46,986 nt of DNA from Candidatus Woesearchaeota archaeon (GTDB lineage: Archaea > Nanobdellota > Nanobdellia > Woesearchaeales > SKGA01), in the NCBI GenBank assembly GCA_016926395.1, contig JAFGOT010000031.1:1-46986 (forward strand), in the 5' to 3' direction. The notes under the pieces were generated by a model. It worked only from the letters and a program-made list of their open reading frames with translations, had not been told where the DNA came from and did not search any database. The translations under genes were made by a program, and so were the position numbers. Shown here piece by piece: positions 8,648 through 16,939 of this stretch (position 1 is its first letter; every line of letters begins with the position of its first letter).

Positions 8648-9316
8648 ATGTGTATGAACGTACCCAAGTTAAGTTCCGATTTATTATTTTCTGTTGATTC
8701 TGTTGTTAAGTGGGTTGAAGAAGTTATTCCAAGAACGCGTCTTGATAGAGATGGAATTCTTAAAATGGGAAATTTATCTGTTTCGCAGTTGCATGACTTT
8801 GGTAAAACTCATTATATGGGTGCTTGTGTTGATCCTGTCTTTCTTGCAATGTATGCTTTATCACAAAATGCTGTTAATGGTAATTACAAATCTAATTTAG
8901 TCTTAGAAATTCTTTTACATAAACCTAAAACTGAAGCTGTAAAACAAGATAAATATAATAATCCTCAACCACACGTTGCTTTAGAATTTTTGTTTGAAAA
9001 TGAAGTTTATTCTCTTGACTTTGCTTCTAGAAATTTGGTTGTTCTAAAAAAAGGTTATTATTCAACCAACCAACCTGATCAAGTGACTTCTTTAAACGTT
9101 CACCGAATTAATGGTTTAAATTTTGATAAATCTTTTATTGAGAATATTTCTCCAAAAGCTCATGCGTTAGGTGTTCCTTTTGATGCAAACCGTTATTTGC
9201 ATATTTTAGCGGACCTTAATGAAGAACCTCATGGTAGTGTTAATTTTGAACGTTTCAAAAATGAAGTTGGGGGAAAAATCAAATACGAATTGAATTATAA
9301 TTCTTTATCTAATTAG
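8648..9316 (+). CDS. hypothetical protein, transglutaminase-like Cys-His-Asp fold suspected
   Basis: GACVD...PHVALEF...YSLDF spacing resembles the transglutaminase-like triad. TATA box at 8623-8630. Confidence 0.55.
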   Translation: MCMNVPKLSSDLLFSVDSVVKWVEEVIPRTRLDRDGILKMGNLSVSQLHDFGKTHYMGACVDPVFLAMYALSQNAVNGNYKSNLVLEILLHKPKTEAVKQDKYNNPQPHVALEFLFENEVYSLDFASRNLVVLKKGYYSTNQPDQVTSLNVHRINGLNFDKSFIENISPKAHALGVPFDANRYLHILADLNEEPHGSVNFERFKNEVGGKIKYELNYNSLSN

Positions 9317-9345
9317 ATATATTTATTAAGTGTATTTCTTGATTT

Positions 9346-10218
9346 TTGTTTATGAGTTGGGTTTTGTTTGCTTTATTATCTGCTATGTTTTTTTCTCTTA
9401 GAGATATTTTGTCAAAACATATGTTAAAACGACATGACTCTATAGTTATTTTGTTTAATGCTGCATTTTTAGTTACTTTGCTTACTGCAATCATTTTTTA
9501 TAATTCTATTTCGTTTGTCCTTCCTGGAAAAATTCTTGGAGTTCTCTTTGTCAAGTCTGTTCTTGTTGCACTTGGTTGGTATTTTTTACTTGAAGCGTAT
9601 AAACATCTTGACATTTCAACTGCTGCTCCTCTTCTAAATTTGAGTTCAATAATTTTACTTGTTTTGGGAATTGTTTTTTTAGGCGAAACCTTAGATGGTT
9701 TGCAAGTTGTTGGTTTTATTGTATTAATATTAGGTGCTTATGCTTTGGAGTTAAAATCATTAAATAATTTTTGGGAACCTATTTCCCTTTTCAAGCAAAA
9801 ATCTGTTATTTTTATTTTTCTATCTCTTTTAAGTTTAAGTTTCAGTGCAGTTCTTGACAAAATTTTGTCCTGGCAAATTCTTCCTCAAACAATTATTTTT
9901 TACAATGGATTTGTAATTGCCCTAATTGCTTTCATTGTTATTTTGGCTAAACGAGACATTCCTGACTTTGTCTCTGTATTGCGTGAATCTCCTTGGCATG
10001 TTCTTTTTATGGGGGTTGCTAATATACTAAGTGATGTGACTTATTTTTTAGCTGTGGTAACTCCTGGTGCATTAATTACCTTAATTATTCCTCTAAAAAG
10101 ATTATCGACTGTATTTACAACTATGGCGGGTGGTCATTTGTTTAAAGAAGAAAGAATTTTTTACAAAGGAGTTATTAGTTTATTTATGGTTGGTGGTGTA
10201 TTGCTTTTAGTACTTTAG
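9346..10218 (+). CDS. EamA/DMT family transporter
   Basis: Ten hydrophobic helices in two repeats; W..FALLSA, AYKHLDISTAAPL, LGE.L, FKEE. The start may be the ATG at 9352. Confidence 0.9.
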   Translation: MFMSWVLFALLSAMFFSLRDILSKHMLKRHDSIVILFNAAFLVTLLTAIIFYNSISFVLPGKILGVLFVKSVLVALGWYFLLEAYKHLDISTAAPLLNLSSIILLVLGIVFLGETLDGLQVVGFIVLILGAYALELKSLNNFWEPISLFKQKSVIFIFLSLLSLSFSAVLDKILSWQILPQTIIFYNGFVIALIAFIVILAKRDIPDFVSVLRESPWHVLFMGVANILSDVTYFLAVVTPGALITLIIPLKRLSTVFTTMAGGHLFKEERIFYKGVISLFMVGGVLLLVL

Positions 10219-11502
10219 AAATTTTGTTATTAGTTCCTTATGATTTACTTCTGGGTGGAATTGGACGCCAAACCAGTTTGGTTTATTTGTGAATTCAATT
10301 GCTGCAATACCTTCTTTAGTTGCAAGTGTTGCTTTTATTTCTTTAATGTTTGGGGGAATTGATCGAACACCATTTTGATGCAAGAAATAACATTCTTTTC
10401 CATCAAAGCCTTCTGTAAATTCTGATTCGTTTAATTCTTCAACAACAACGGGACCGATTTCAGTAAATGAATCAAGTTCGATTTCGTTTTCTTCAGTAAA
10501 TATCATTAGTTCCATTCCCGCACAAATACCGAGAATTTTTTTATCATTTGTTAATATTTTTTTAATTTTATTTTTATATTCTAAAAATTTATTATCTTGA
10601 TATGCTGTACCTGTAATTATTATTTTTGATTGAGCTTCAGTTCCATCAATCTCACTTACTTGTTTTATTGTGTATGTTATGCCTTCATTTTTTATTATGT
10701 TGGTTATTGGTCTAATAAATTCTAATTCATATAATTTTAGTTTAGAATCAATCGTGCTTATTATTAAAACATCTTCGCCATTATTTTTTATTTTTTTATG
10801 CTGGTACTCTTTCTCATTTTTTTCTTTTTCAATAAATTCTGCTTTTTTTATGTCGTAAGTTCCTGAGTAGTTTTCATACTCTATTTCTGATTCCAAAACG
10901 TTGATTCTTTTTTTGAATAGAGGGCAGTCAAGAACCATTGTTTCTATTTCTCCTCCCTCGCCTGCTGGATTGATTTGAAATTTTTTATTATATTCAACTA
11001 ATTTAGAAATTGTTTCTTTGTTAATTTTTTTACCAAGCCATTCTTTTTCAAACGGATATGCAAACACTCCACCAATTATAACTTCAAAACCATTTTCTAT
11101 TAATTCATTTAATAATTCAACTTGATCTTGTTGCCATAATGGATTAAAACAATATAAATCTAATTCACTACAAATTTTTTGTACTCGACTTGCTTGGTAT
11201 TGACTTCCAACAGCTCCTGTAACAACTCCTTTTATGTTGTATTTTTCTTTGGCTTCTTTTATTGCATCAACCAATTCCTCTAATTCTTTTTCTTTCTCAC
11301 CTTCTGTTATTCTAGTGATTAAAGGTAAGTTCATCGATTCTGCTTGCAATGATACTAAGTTTATATTCGGAGTGTGATACATGTAGCTTTCTTTATTTTT
11401 TGATTTAATTGTTATTGCACAAACTACTTTATCTGTTTGATTTGCGAGGTATGTTGCATAGATGGAATCTTTTCCTCCACTAAGTAAAATAGCAAGTTTC
11501 AT
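10207..11502 (-). CDS. dph6: diphthine--ammonia ligase (Dph6) fused to a C-terminal class I glutamine amidotransferase domain
   Basis: PP-loop LLSGGKDS, ESYMYHTPN, GAVGSQYQ, PLWQ, INPAGEGGEIETMVLDCPLF, then a domain with LGICAGME and GVQFHPE. ATG at 11502 preferred. Confidence 0.9.
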   Translation of the reverse strand: MKLAILLSGGKDSIYATYLANQTDKVVCAITIKSKNKESYMYHTPNINLVSLQAESMNLPLITRITEGEKEKELEELVDAIKEAKEKYNIKGVVTGAVGSQYQASRVQKICSELDLYCFNPLWQQDQVELLNELIENGFEVIIGGVFAYPFEKEWLGKKINKETISKLVEYNKKFQINPAGEGGEIETMVLDCPLFKKRINVLESEIEYENYSGTYDIKKAEFIEKEKNEKEYQHKKIKNNGEDVLIISTIDSKLKLYELEFIRPITNIIKNEGITYTIKQVSEIDGTEAQSKIIITGTAYQDNKFLEYKNKIKKILTNDKKILGICAGMELMIFTEENEIELDSFTEIGPVVVEELNESEFTEGFDGKECYFLHQNGVRSIPPNIKEIKATLATKEGIAAIEFTNKPNWFGVQFHPEVNHKELITKFLKY

Positions 11503-11612
11503 TTTTCTTTTTTTTAAACTGAACATTGATTAAGTTCAATGCTTCATATTTTTTTTCTAAAACCTTTATTTATTTATAAATGTGGCTTTTAAAACCCTCT
11601 AACAAGCGAAAT

Positions 11613-11620
11613 CTTTAAAT
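11613..11620 (+). promoter_or_regulatory. TATA box (with upstream BRE-like CGAAA) of the histone gene
   Basis: CGAAATCTTTAAAT lies about 25 nt upstream of a leader containing a GCGCGTA-GA-TACGCGT hairpin and the SD GAGGTG (11672-11677). Confidence 0.55.
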
Positions 11621-11683
11621 AAGCTACCTCTCTAAGTCTATGTATAAACAGCGCGTAGATACGCGTTTTGTGAGGTGTATATT

Positions 11684-11854
11684 ATGGCAGACCTATTAGT
11701 AGTAAAAGCAAAAATTAAAGATGTTATTGGCGATTATAATGTTGCTGGGGATTTCGCAGAAGAACTAGATAAAATTGTTCGAGAAAATGTTGCTAAAGCT
11801 GTAAAAAGAGCTGAAGCTAACGGCCGAAGAACAGTAATGGCTAAAGATCTCTAA
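11684..11854 (+). CDS. small histone-fold protein (DUF1931 / face-to-face-type prokaryotic histone), 56 aa, absent from the ORF track
   Basis: Translated by hand: MADLLVVKAKIKDVIGDYNVAGDFAEELDKIVRENVAKAVKRAEANGRRTVMAKDL. It has the histone-fold RA..NGRRTV...DL end, a strong SD and a terminator. Confidence 0.92.
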   Translation: MADLLVVKAKIKDVIGDYNVAGDFAEELDKIVRENVAKAVKRAEANGRRTVMAKDL

Positions 11855-11895
11855 GACCTATAGTTAGGTCTATTTTTATTTTTTATTTTGTTTTA
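11854..11895 (+). terminator. hairpin plus T-rich terminator
   Basis: AGACCTA-TAGT-TAGGTCT followed by ATTTTTATTTTTTATTTTG. Confidence 0.7.
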
Positions 11896-12230
11896 CATAA
11901 CATTTCTATCTTCAATTTCTAATTAAAGTTCAGTTTGTTCTTACTTTGCCTTGTAGTTCTTAGTTGTTCTTTTATTTTCAAAAAATTGTTTTTGTAACTT
12001 CATTTTTTTTGTAATTGTCTTTGCTTATTGGTGATTGCTGTTTGCTAAAAACTTCTTAACAATAACTTTTTTTACTCGCACTTTTTTATGTTTTTTACCT
12101 TCAACTATATTCTACAATGTATTAATGCGAAGAATATATTTTGCATTGTAATAGTGTTTATATATGTGAATTTCCAAAGTTAGATTAGTTGTGAAAAGTG
12201 TCGTAAGACGACGCGTGTGGTGTGAAAAAA

Positions 12231-12314
12231 ATGACTCAAATAAGCTATAATGCAAAATCAAAAAGTAAATCTTTAAACTCTTTTTTTAGTGACGAAGAGG
12301 AGTTCGAAGAATAA
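12231..12314 (+). CDS. putative 27-aa small protein with acidic C-terminus
   Basis: MTQISYNAKSKSKSLNSFFSDEEEFEE. It is preceded by a GGTGTGA SD-like site, a leader hairpin and TTTATATA (12157-12164), and followed by the inverted repeat GAAGATGC...GCATCTTC. Confidence 0.5.
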   Translation: MTQISYNAKSKSKSLNSFFSDEEEFEE

Positions 12315-12480
12315 TTATTTTCCTTGAAGATGCTTTTTACTTCTTCGGTTAAATGGCATCTTCTCCCCTCTCTTTCTTTAATAAATTCATTTTAACTTGT
12401 TTCTACGAATAATCCTTAGCAAAGCTTTAAAAGGGTTAGTTGGTTTTTGTCTAATATAATAATTAACAAGAGTTGATATT

Positions 12481-13044
12481 ATGGCTGAAAACGTAGAAAA
12501 TGGAAATTTAGTACAAGTACATTACACTGGCACTTTTGATGATGGAACTGTTTTTGATTCCTCTGATGGTAAAGATCCTCTTGAAGTTCTAGCAGGAACT
12601 GGAATGTTAATCAAGGGTTTTGATGATGCTTTAATTGGTATGAAAGATGGTGAAGAAAAAGAAATTACTATCGCACCAGCTGATGCATATGGTGAACCAA
12701 ATGATATGTTGATTCAAAAAATTCCTCGATCAGAATTGAGTGATGAGATTACTCCTGAAGTTGGCATGGTTCTTGGTGTTAAAGCACCTACTGGTCAAGT
12801 GTTTCCCGCAACTATTACTGAAGTAACTGATGCAGAGATTGTTCTTGATGCTAATCATCCTTTAGCAGGCAAAACATTACATTTCAAACTGTCTATGGTT
12901 TCTCACCGAGAACCTACTGAAGAGGATATGGCCAAATTTGCACCTCAAGGACATTCTTGTGGTGATGGTGATTCTTGTGGTTGTGAAGAAGGAGATTCTT
13001 GTGGCGATTCTTGTGGTTGTGGACACGACCATGATCATGAGTAA
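12481..13044 (+). CDS. slyD: FKBP-type peptidyl-prolyl isomerase, SlyD-like, with Cys/His-rich tail
   Basis: VHYTGTFDDGTVFDSS, LIKGFDDAL, PADAYG, LDANHPLAGKTLHF; tail HSCGDGDSCGCEEGDSCGDSCGCGHDHDHE. Confidence 0.93.
   Translation: MAENVENGNLVQVHYTGTFDDGTVFDSSDGKDPLEVLAGTGMLIKGFDDALIGMKDGEEKEITIAPADAYGEPNDMLIQKIPRSELSDEITPEVGMVLGVKAPTGQVFPATITEVTDAEIVLDANHPLAGKTLHFKLSMVSHREPTEEDMAKFAPQGHSCGDGDSCGCEEGDSCGDSCGCGHDHDHE
12953..13016 (+). repeat. four copies of ATTCTTGTGG encoding (H/D)SCG units in the SlyD tail
   Basis: Copies start at 12953, 12971, 12995 and 13007. Confidence 0.85.
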
Positions 13045-13082
13045 ATTTTTTTCTTTATTTTTTTCTTTTAAGTGTGAATAAT

Positions 13083-13442
13083 ATGACTCAACTTGTTGCA
13101 ATTCTTGGAACTGGAAAAGGCTCTTGGGCTCACGTTTCTAAACTTGTGCGTCAAGGAGAGTTTGAAGAAGTTGTTCTTATCACGAATAATTTTGGTAAAG
13201 AAAAATTTTCTCTTGATGCTGATACTTCATTTATCGTGGTTGATTTTGAACAGCCAATTCATGTTCTTTTAGACACTTTCTTAAAAGAATTAAGACCTAA
13301 ACTTAAAGGGACTGAAGTTGCTTTAAATATGGTTAGTGGTTCAGGTAATGAACACATGGCCTTACTTTCTGCCCTGTTAAAATTAGGGATGGCGATTCGT
13401 CTTGTTGTTGCGGGTACCGCAAACCAATTTGATGAACTTTAG
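13083..13442 (+). CDS. hypothetical protein, small Rossmann/CARF-like alpha/beta domain
   Basis: LVAILGTGKGSW at the N-terminus and VALNMVSGSGNEHMALLSA resemble CARF motifs I and II. ATG at 13083. Confidence 0.6.
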   Translation: MTQLVAILGTGKGSWAHVSKLVRQGEFEEVVLITNNFGKEKFSLDADTSFIVVDFEQPIHVLLDTFLKELRPKLKGTEVALNMVSGSGNEHMALLSALLKLGMAIRLVVAGTANQFDEL

Positions 13443-13541
13443 ATTCACTTCTTATTTTAGTGAATTCTTATTTTTTCAAAACTTTTTTATTATTTTCTTC
13501 TTCTAGATTTCTGTAGTGACTAAAAAAAGCAAACAAGTTTC

Positions 13542-15464
13542 TTGTCTCTTGGTGATTTTTTTAATCCCTTATATTATAACACTGTGCGTCATTTTTCTTT
13601 ATTTTCAGCAGGAACAATTGCTGGTTTTCTATCAACTGGTTCTTTAGCTTCAGGAATAAGTGTTGGTTTATCTTCTTATATTATGAGTCTTAGTATGGGT
13701 CCCTCAAAAAAAGCAGTTCAACATTTTTATGATAAACATATTAATCAAAATAAACATCCCAATTTTAAAGTTCCAAAGAGAAAGTTTTCTTCAAAATCTT
13801 TAACTTATGGTTCTTTATTCGCTGCTGCAGGGATTTTAGGTGGTTCTATTGTTCATCCTACTTTTTTTAATATTATAAAAGAATCTGGTTTAAATTTTTC
13901 TTCCTTAGATTCTGATCAGATTATTGCACTTAAAGAATTTGGAAAGATTGCTTTAACAACTACACCAATACTTTTCTCTACTGGTTTATTTTTTGGAGAT
14001 TCTCTGAATTATATAAAATCAGAAATTTCTTTTGATAAATTAGTAAAATCAACTCTTTCTTTAAACCCTGATAAGAGGTTAGAACTTATTATTTCAAATG
14101 TGGATAATAATGTTGCAGGCTCGTCATCGCATTTAATTTCTGAATTATATAATCAAGGAAGGGCGAATGAAGCTTTAAGTTACTTTTTAGAATATTCTGT
14201 TATACAAAATAGCTTTGATTCAAAAATATCAAATCCTTTAGCGTTAGCCACTCCTTTAATTCTAGATGGTAAAAAATTTCCTTTAAAATTTTGTTTAGCT
14301 AATGCTATAAGTGAATCTTTGCCTGTTGAATATGTTGATGGTTTGGTTGAAAAAATAATTGATGAATCAATTCAAAAAGAAGACACTCCTGCTCTTGCAT
14401 TATCTGGTTTTTATTTAGAAAATAAAAAAGATATTACTTCTCAAAAAGTTTGGGAAGAAGTTGGATTGCAGTTAAGTCAAAACAAAAACTTAGAAAGTAA
14501 GTTATTCGCCAAGGGGACGTCTCAAATAGAATCTATTAATTTGTCCGGAAATAATGTTGATATTATTAAATCAACCCTTCTTAGAAAAATACGACCTCTT
14601 AATGATGCGTCTTTATCTGACGCGCAGGATGAAAAAATTCTAAACAACACAGCCTATTCTAAATTTATTTCTGATTCCTCTCTTGATATTCCTTTACTTT
14701 TATACACTGGAAAATTAAACAATTCAGTTTATTCTTTACTCAGACTCAATCGATCTTCTTCTCTTTTTGAAGTTGCTAAAACTAATCCTAATTTATTTAA
14801 TGATATTTTAGTTGGTTTAGAAACTCAAACAAAAAAGATAAATTCTGTTTATGAGGACGCTTTTCTTTCAAAAGAAATTGTCTTTAGCGAAATTGATTAT
14901 TCAAATAGATTTAATCGTCAAGAAAATACTTTTGGAAAAGATAAATTTAGTATTTATTTAGCAAAAAAACTTCTTGAAAGAATAGAATTAACTGCGCATG
15001 ATGTTGATTTTTTGAAACCTTCTATTGATAATCTTCCAGAGCAGTGGTTATATGATAAAGAAAAAGGGGTCTTTTCTAGATTAGATTTCGAAAATAAGGG
15101 AAGACGGCGTTCAATGGAGGATCGAGTTAATTCTTCTTTATGGGTTTAGGGGTCTTTCCCCAATAATTTGTTGTTAGATTCTTTTGCGTTTCAAATAAAT
15201 GAATTTTGTGAACAAACTAATGTTGATGTTGATTTAGCGTCGAAATACTTTTTAGATGTTTTATTTGAACGAAGAAATCATTTAGTTAATACTTGGATAA
15301 ATAGGAAATCATCCTCGATATTTATTCCTTATCTTCTAAATGTTGCCGATTTAGCAAGTTCTTCATTAGGTAAATTTGTTGATGACAAATCTTATCTTTC
15401 CTCTCAAAGACAACAATCTAATGACTTGTATGCTCTCTTTAACGCTCGAAAAAACAGAAATTAG
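13542..15464 (+). pseudogene. membrane-anchored protein with a kinase/phosphotransferase-like C-terminal region, interrupted by one in-frame TAG at 15147-15149
   Basis: ORFs 13542..15149 and 15168..15464 share a frame, separated only by TAG-GGG-TCT-TTC-CCC-AAT-AAT. N-terminal hydrophobic Gly-rich helices; DNLPEQW...LDFE resembles the APH/kinase catalytic and Mg-binding motifs. Confidence 0.55.
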
Positions 15465-15533
15465 CCTCTAGTATGGATTTTACTACAAAAAGTATGGTAA
15501 AGTATAAAAAGCGCAATTGTTTTAGAGCTTTAT

Positions 15534-15797
15534 ATGGGTGATTTCGACAGTATTATGGATATCCAACGAAATATGGCTAATCGAGTAGCTAGAGAGAGTG
15601 CCATGGATAAATCACTTAAGCTTCTTCAAATAATTCAATCTCTTGTTGATGCTAAAACTGGACGTGTTGCTAAAGAATTAATTTTTATCGAAGCAACTAG
15701 TGAAGGGATGCTTCAGGCAGAAAGTGAAGTTCTTCTAAGAGAATTAATTAGAAATCGTTCCGTTAGTGAAGATGATTCTGATATAGTTCTTTTTTGA
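15534..15797 (+). CDS. small winged-helix protein resembling the MCM C-terminal wH domain
   Basis: LLQIIQSL...GRVAKELIFIEATSEGM...EVLLRELIRNRSVSE pattern. GTATAAAA box about 25 bp upstream. Confidence 0.6.
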   Translation: MGDFDSIMDIQRNMANRVARESAMDKSLKLLQIIQSLVDAKTGRVAKELIFIEATSEGMLQAESEVLLRELIRNRSVSEDDSDIVLF

Positions 15798-15805
15798 TAT
15801 TTTTT

Positions 15806-16936
15806 TTATTCTAAATTTTTACATGCTTTAACAACTTCTTTGTATGGTGCTGTTGTTTTTATTGCTGTTTGATTTGTAGCACTAGTTACGACTTTAAATC
15901 CTTTTTTTATCAATTCATTTTTTATTTCTTGCATTCCCTTTGATCTAAATTTGTGGGCGTATGCAACATTGTGCGTGTCATAATAACCCACTATTTCTTG
16001 AAGTATCAATTCATCTTTGATTCTATTAAGTATTGATTTTCCTTCTTTTGGAATGTTTTCATCAAATATTAATTTATTAATTATTTTTTTGTCATTTAAT
16101 GGTCCACTATACATCGGTCCCGTAGGGATTATTTCTTCTTTACATTCAGGACAATGTGTGTGTTTATTTTCGTCACTAAATTGATAACTGCATTTTTTAC
16201 AGTGGTGGTGGTATGTGTTTAATTTTTCGAAAGCTTGACTTGCTTTATCTTTTGATTTGCTAACTTTGAAAAATATTCTGTAGTAATGTTCAAAATGATA
16301 TGAAAATATTGGTTCTAAATATTTTTCATTGTGAAGTCCCATTAATTGAACTTTTCTAATAAGTATTCTCATTCCTATTTCGTGTTTTTGTGGACAAACT
16401 ATGCTGTTTGCAAAGTATTTTCTTTGACATGTTTTAGGATATGTTCCTGCTAATGCTGCTGTATCTGTTGCGCTAATTCCTAAAACTCCTTTTCTTGATA
16501 TATATCTTATGCTGCTGTCAAGCAAGAAGTTTGGGCTGCCAAAGGGGTCTATATCAATATAATCATAACCAAATATTTCTGTTAAGAATTTATTTCCTTC
16601 AAGATTGTATATTTTTATTTTTTCATCTTTTAATTTAATATTATTAAGTTTTAGGTTTTCTTTAACGTACTCTATTGCTTTAGAATCAATATCATTAACA
16701 TAGATTTGATTTACAAATTGAGGGATTTCTTTTAGCATTCTTATTGCTCGTACACCCGTTCCTGCTAGTGGGAGTGCAATTCTTATGTTTTCGTTTTCAA
16801 TTGCTCTGATTATTGCTATTGTAAAATCTCTATTAAGTCTCATCTTAGGATTATAAAATGCTTCAAGTCCTTTGCTAACTATTTCTGCTTCATCAATTAA
16901 AACTTTGGCTTTTCCTTCGACTATTTCTTTTTTCAT
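15806..16936 (-). CDS. trm1: tRNA (guanine26-N2)-dimethyltransferase
   Basis: FYNPKMRLNRD, LAGTGVRAIR, YDYIDIDPFGSP, ATDTAALAG, CxxC...CxxC zinc finger, GPMYSGPL. Confidence 0.95.
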   Translation of the reverse strand: MKKEIVEGKAKVLIDEAEIVSKGLEAFYNPKMRLNRDFTIAIIRAIENENIRIALPLAGTGVRAIRMLKEIPQFVNQIYVNDIDSKAIEYVKENLKLNNIKLKDEKIKIYNLEGNKFLTEIFGYDYIDIDPFGSPNFLLDSSIRYISRKGVLGISATDTAALAGTYPKTCQRKYFANSIVCPQKHEIGMRILIRKVQLMGLHNEKYLEPIFSYHFEHYYRIFFKVSKSKDKASQAFEKLNTYHHHCKKCSYQFSDENKHTHCPECKEEIIPTGPMYSGPLNDKKIINKLIFDENIPKEGKSILNRIKDELILQEIVGYYDTHNVAYAHKFRSKGMQEIKNELIKKGFKVVTSATNQTAIKTTAPYKEVVKACKNLE

Positions 16937-16939
16937 TAT

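Noticed and set aside
11896-12150. Possible minus-strand gene in the T-rich gap after the histone gene
   Set aside because: Only short Lys-rich frames (under 30 codons) broken by stops, without a convincing start. It cannot be supported as a gene, though a decayed ORF is not excluded.
12953-13016. Possible CRISPR-like repeat array
   Set aside because: 10-bp units with 2-14 bp irregular spacers inside the slyD coding frame; no cas genes.
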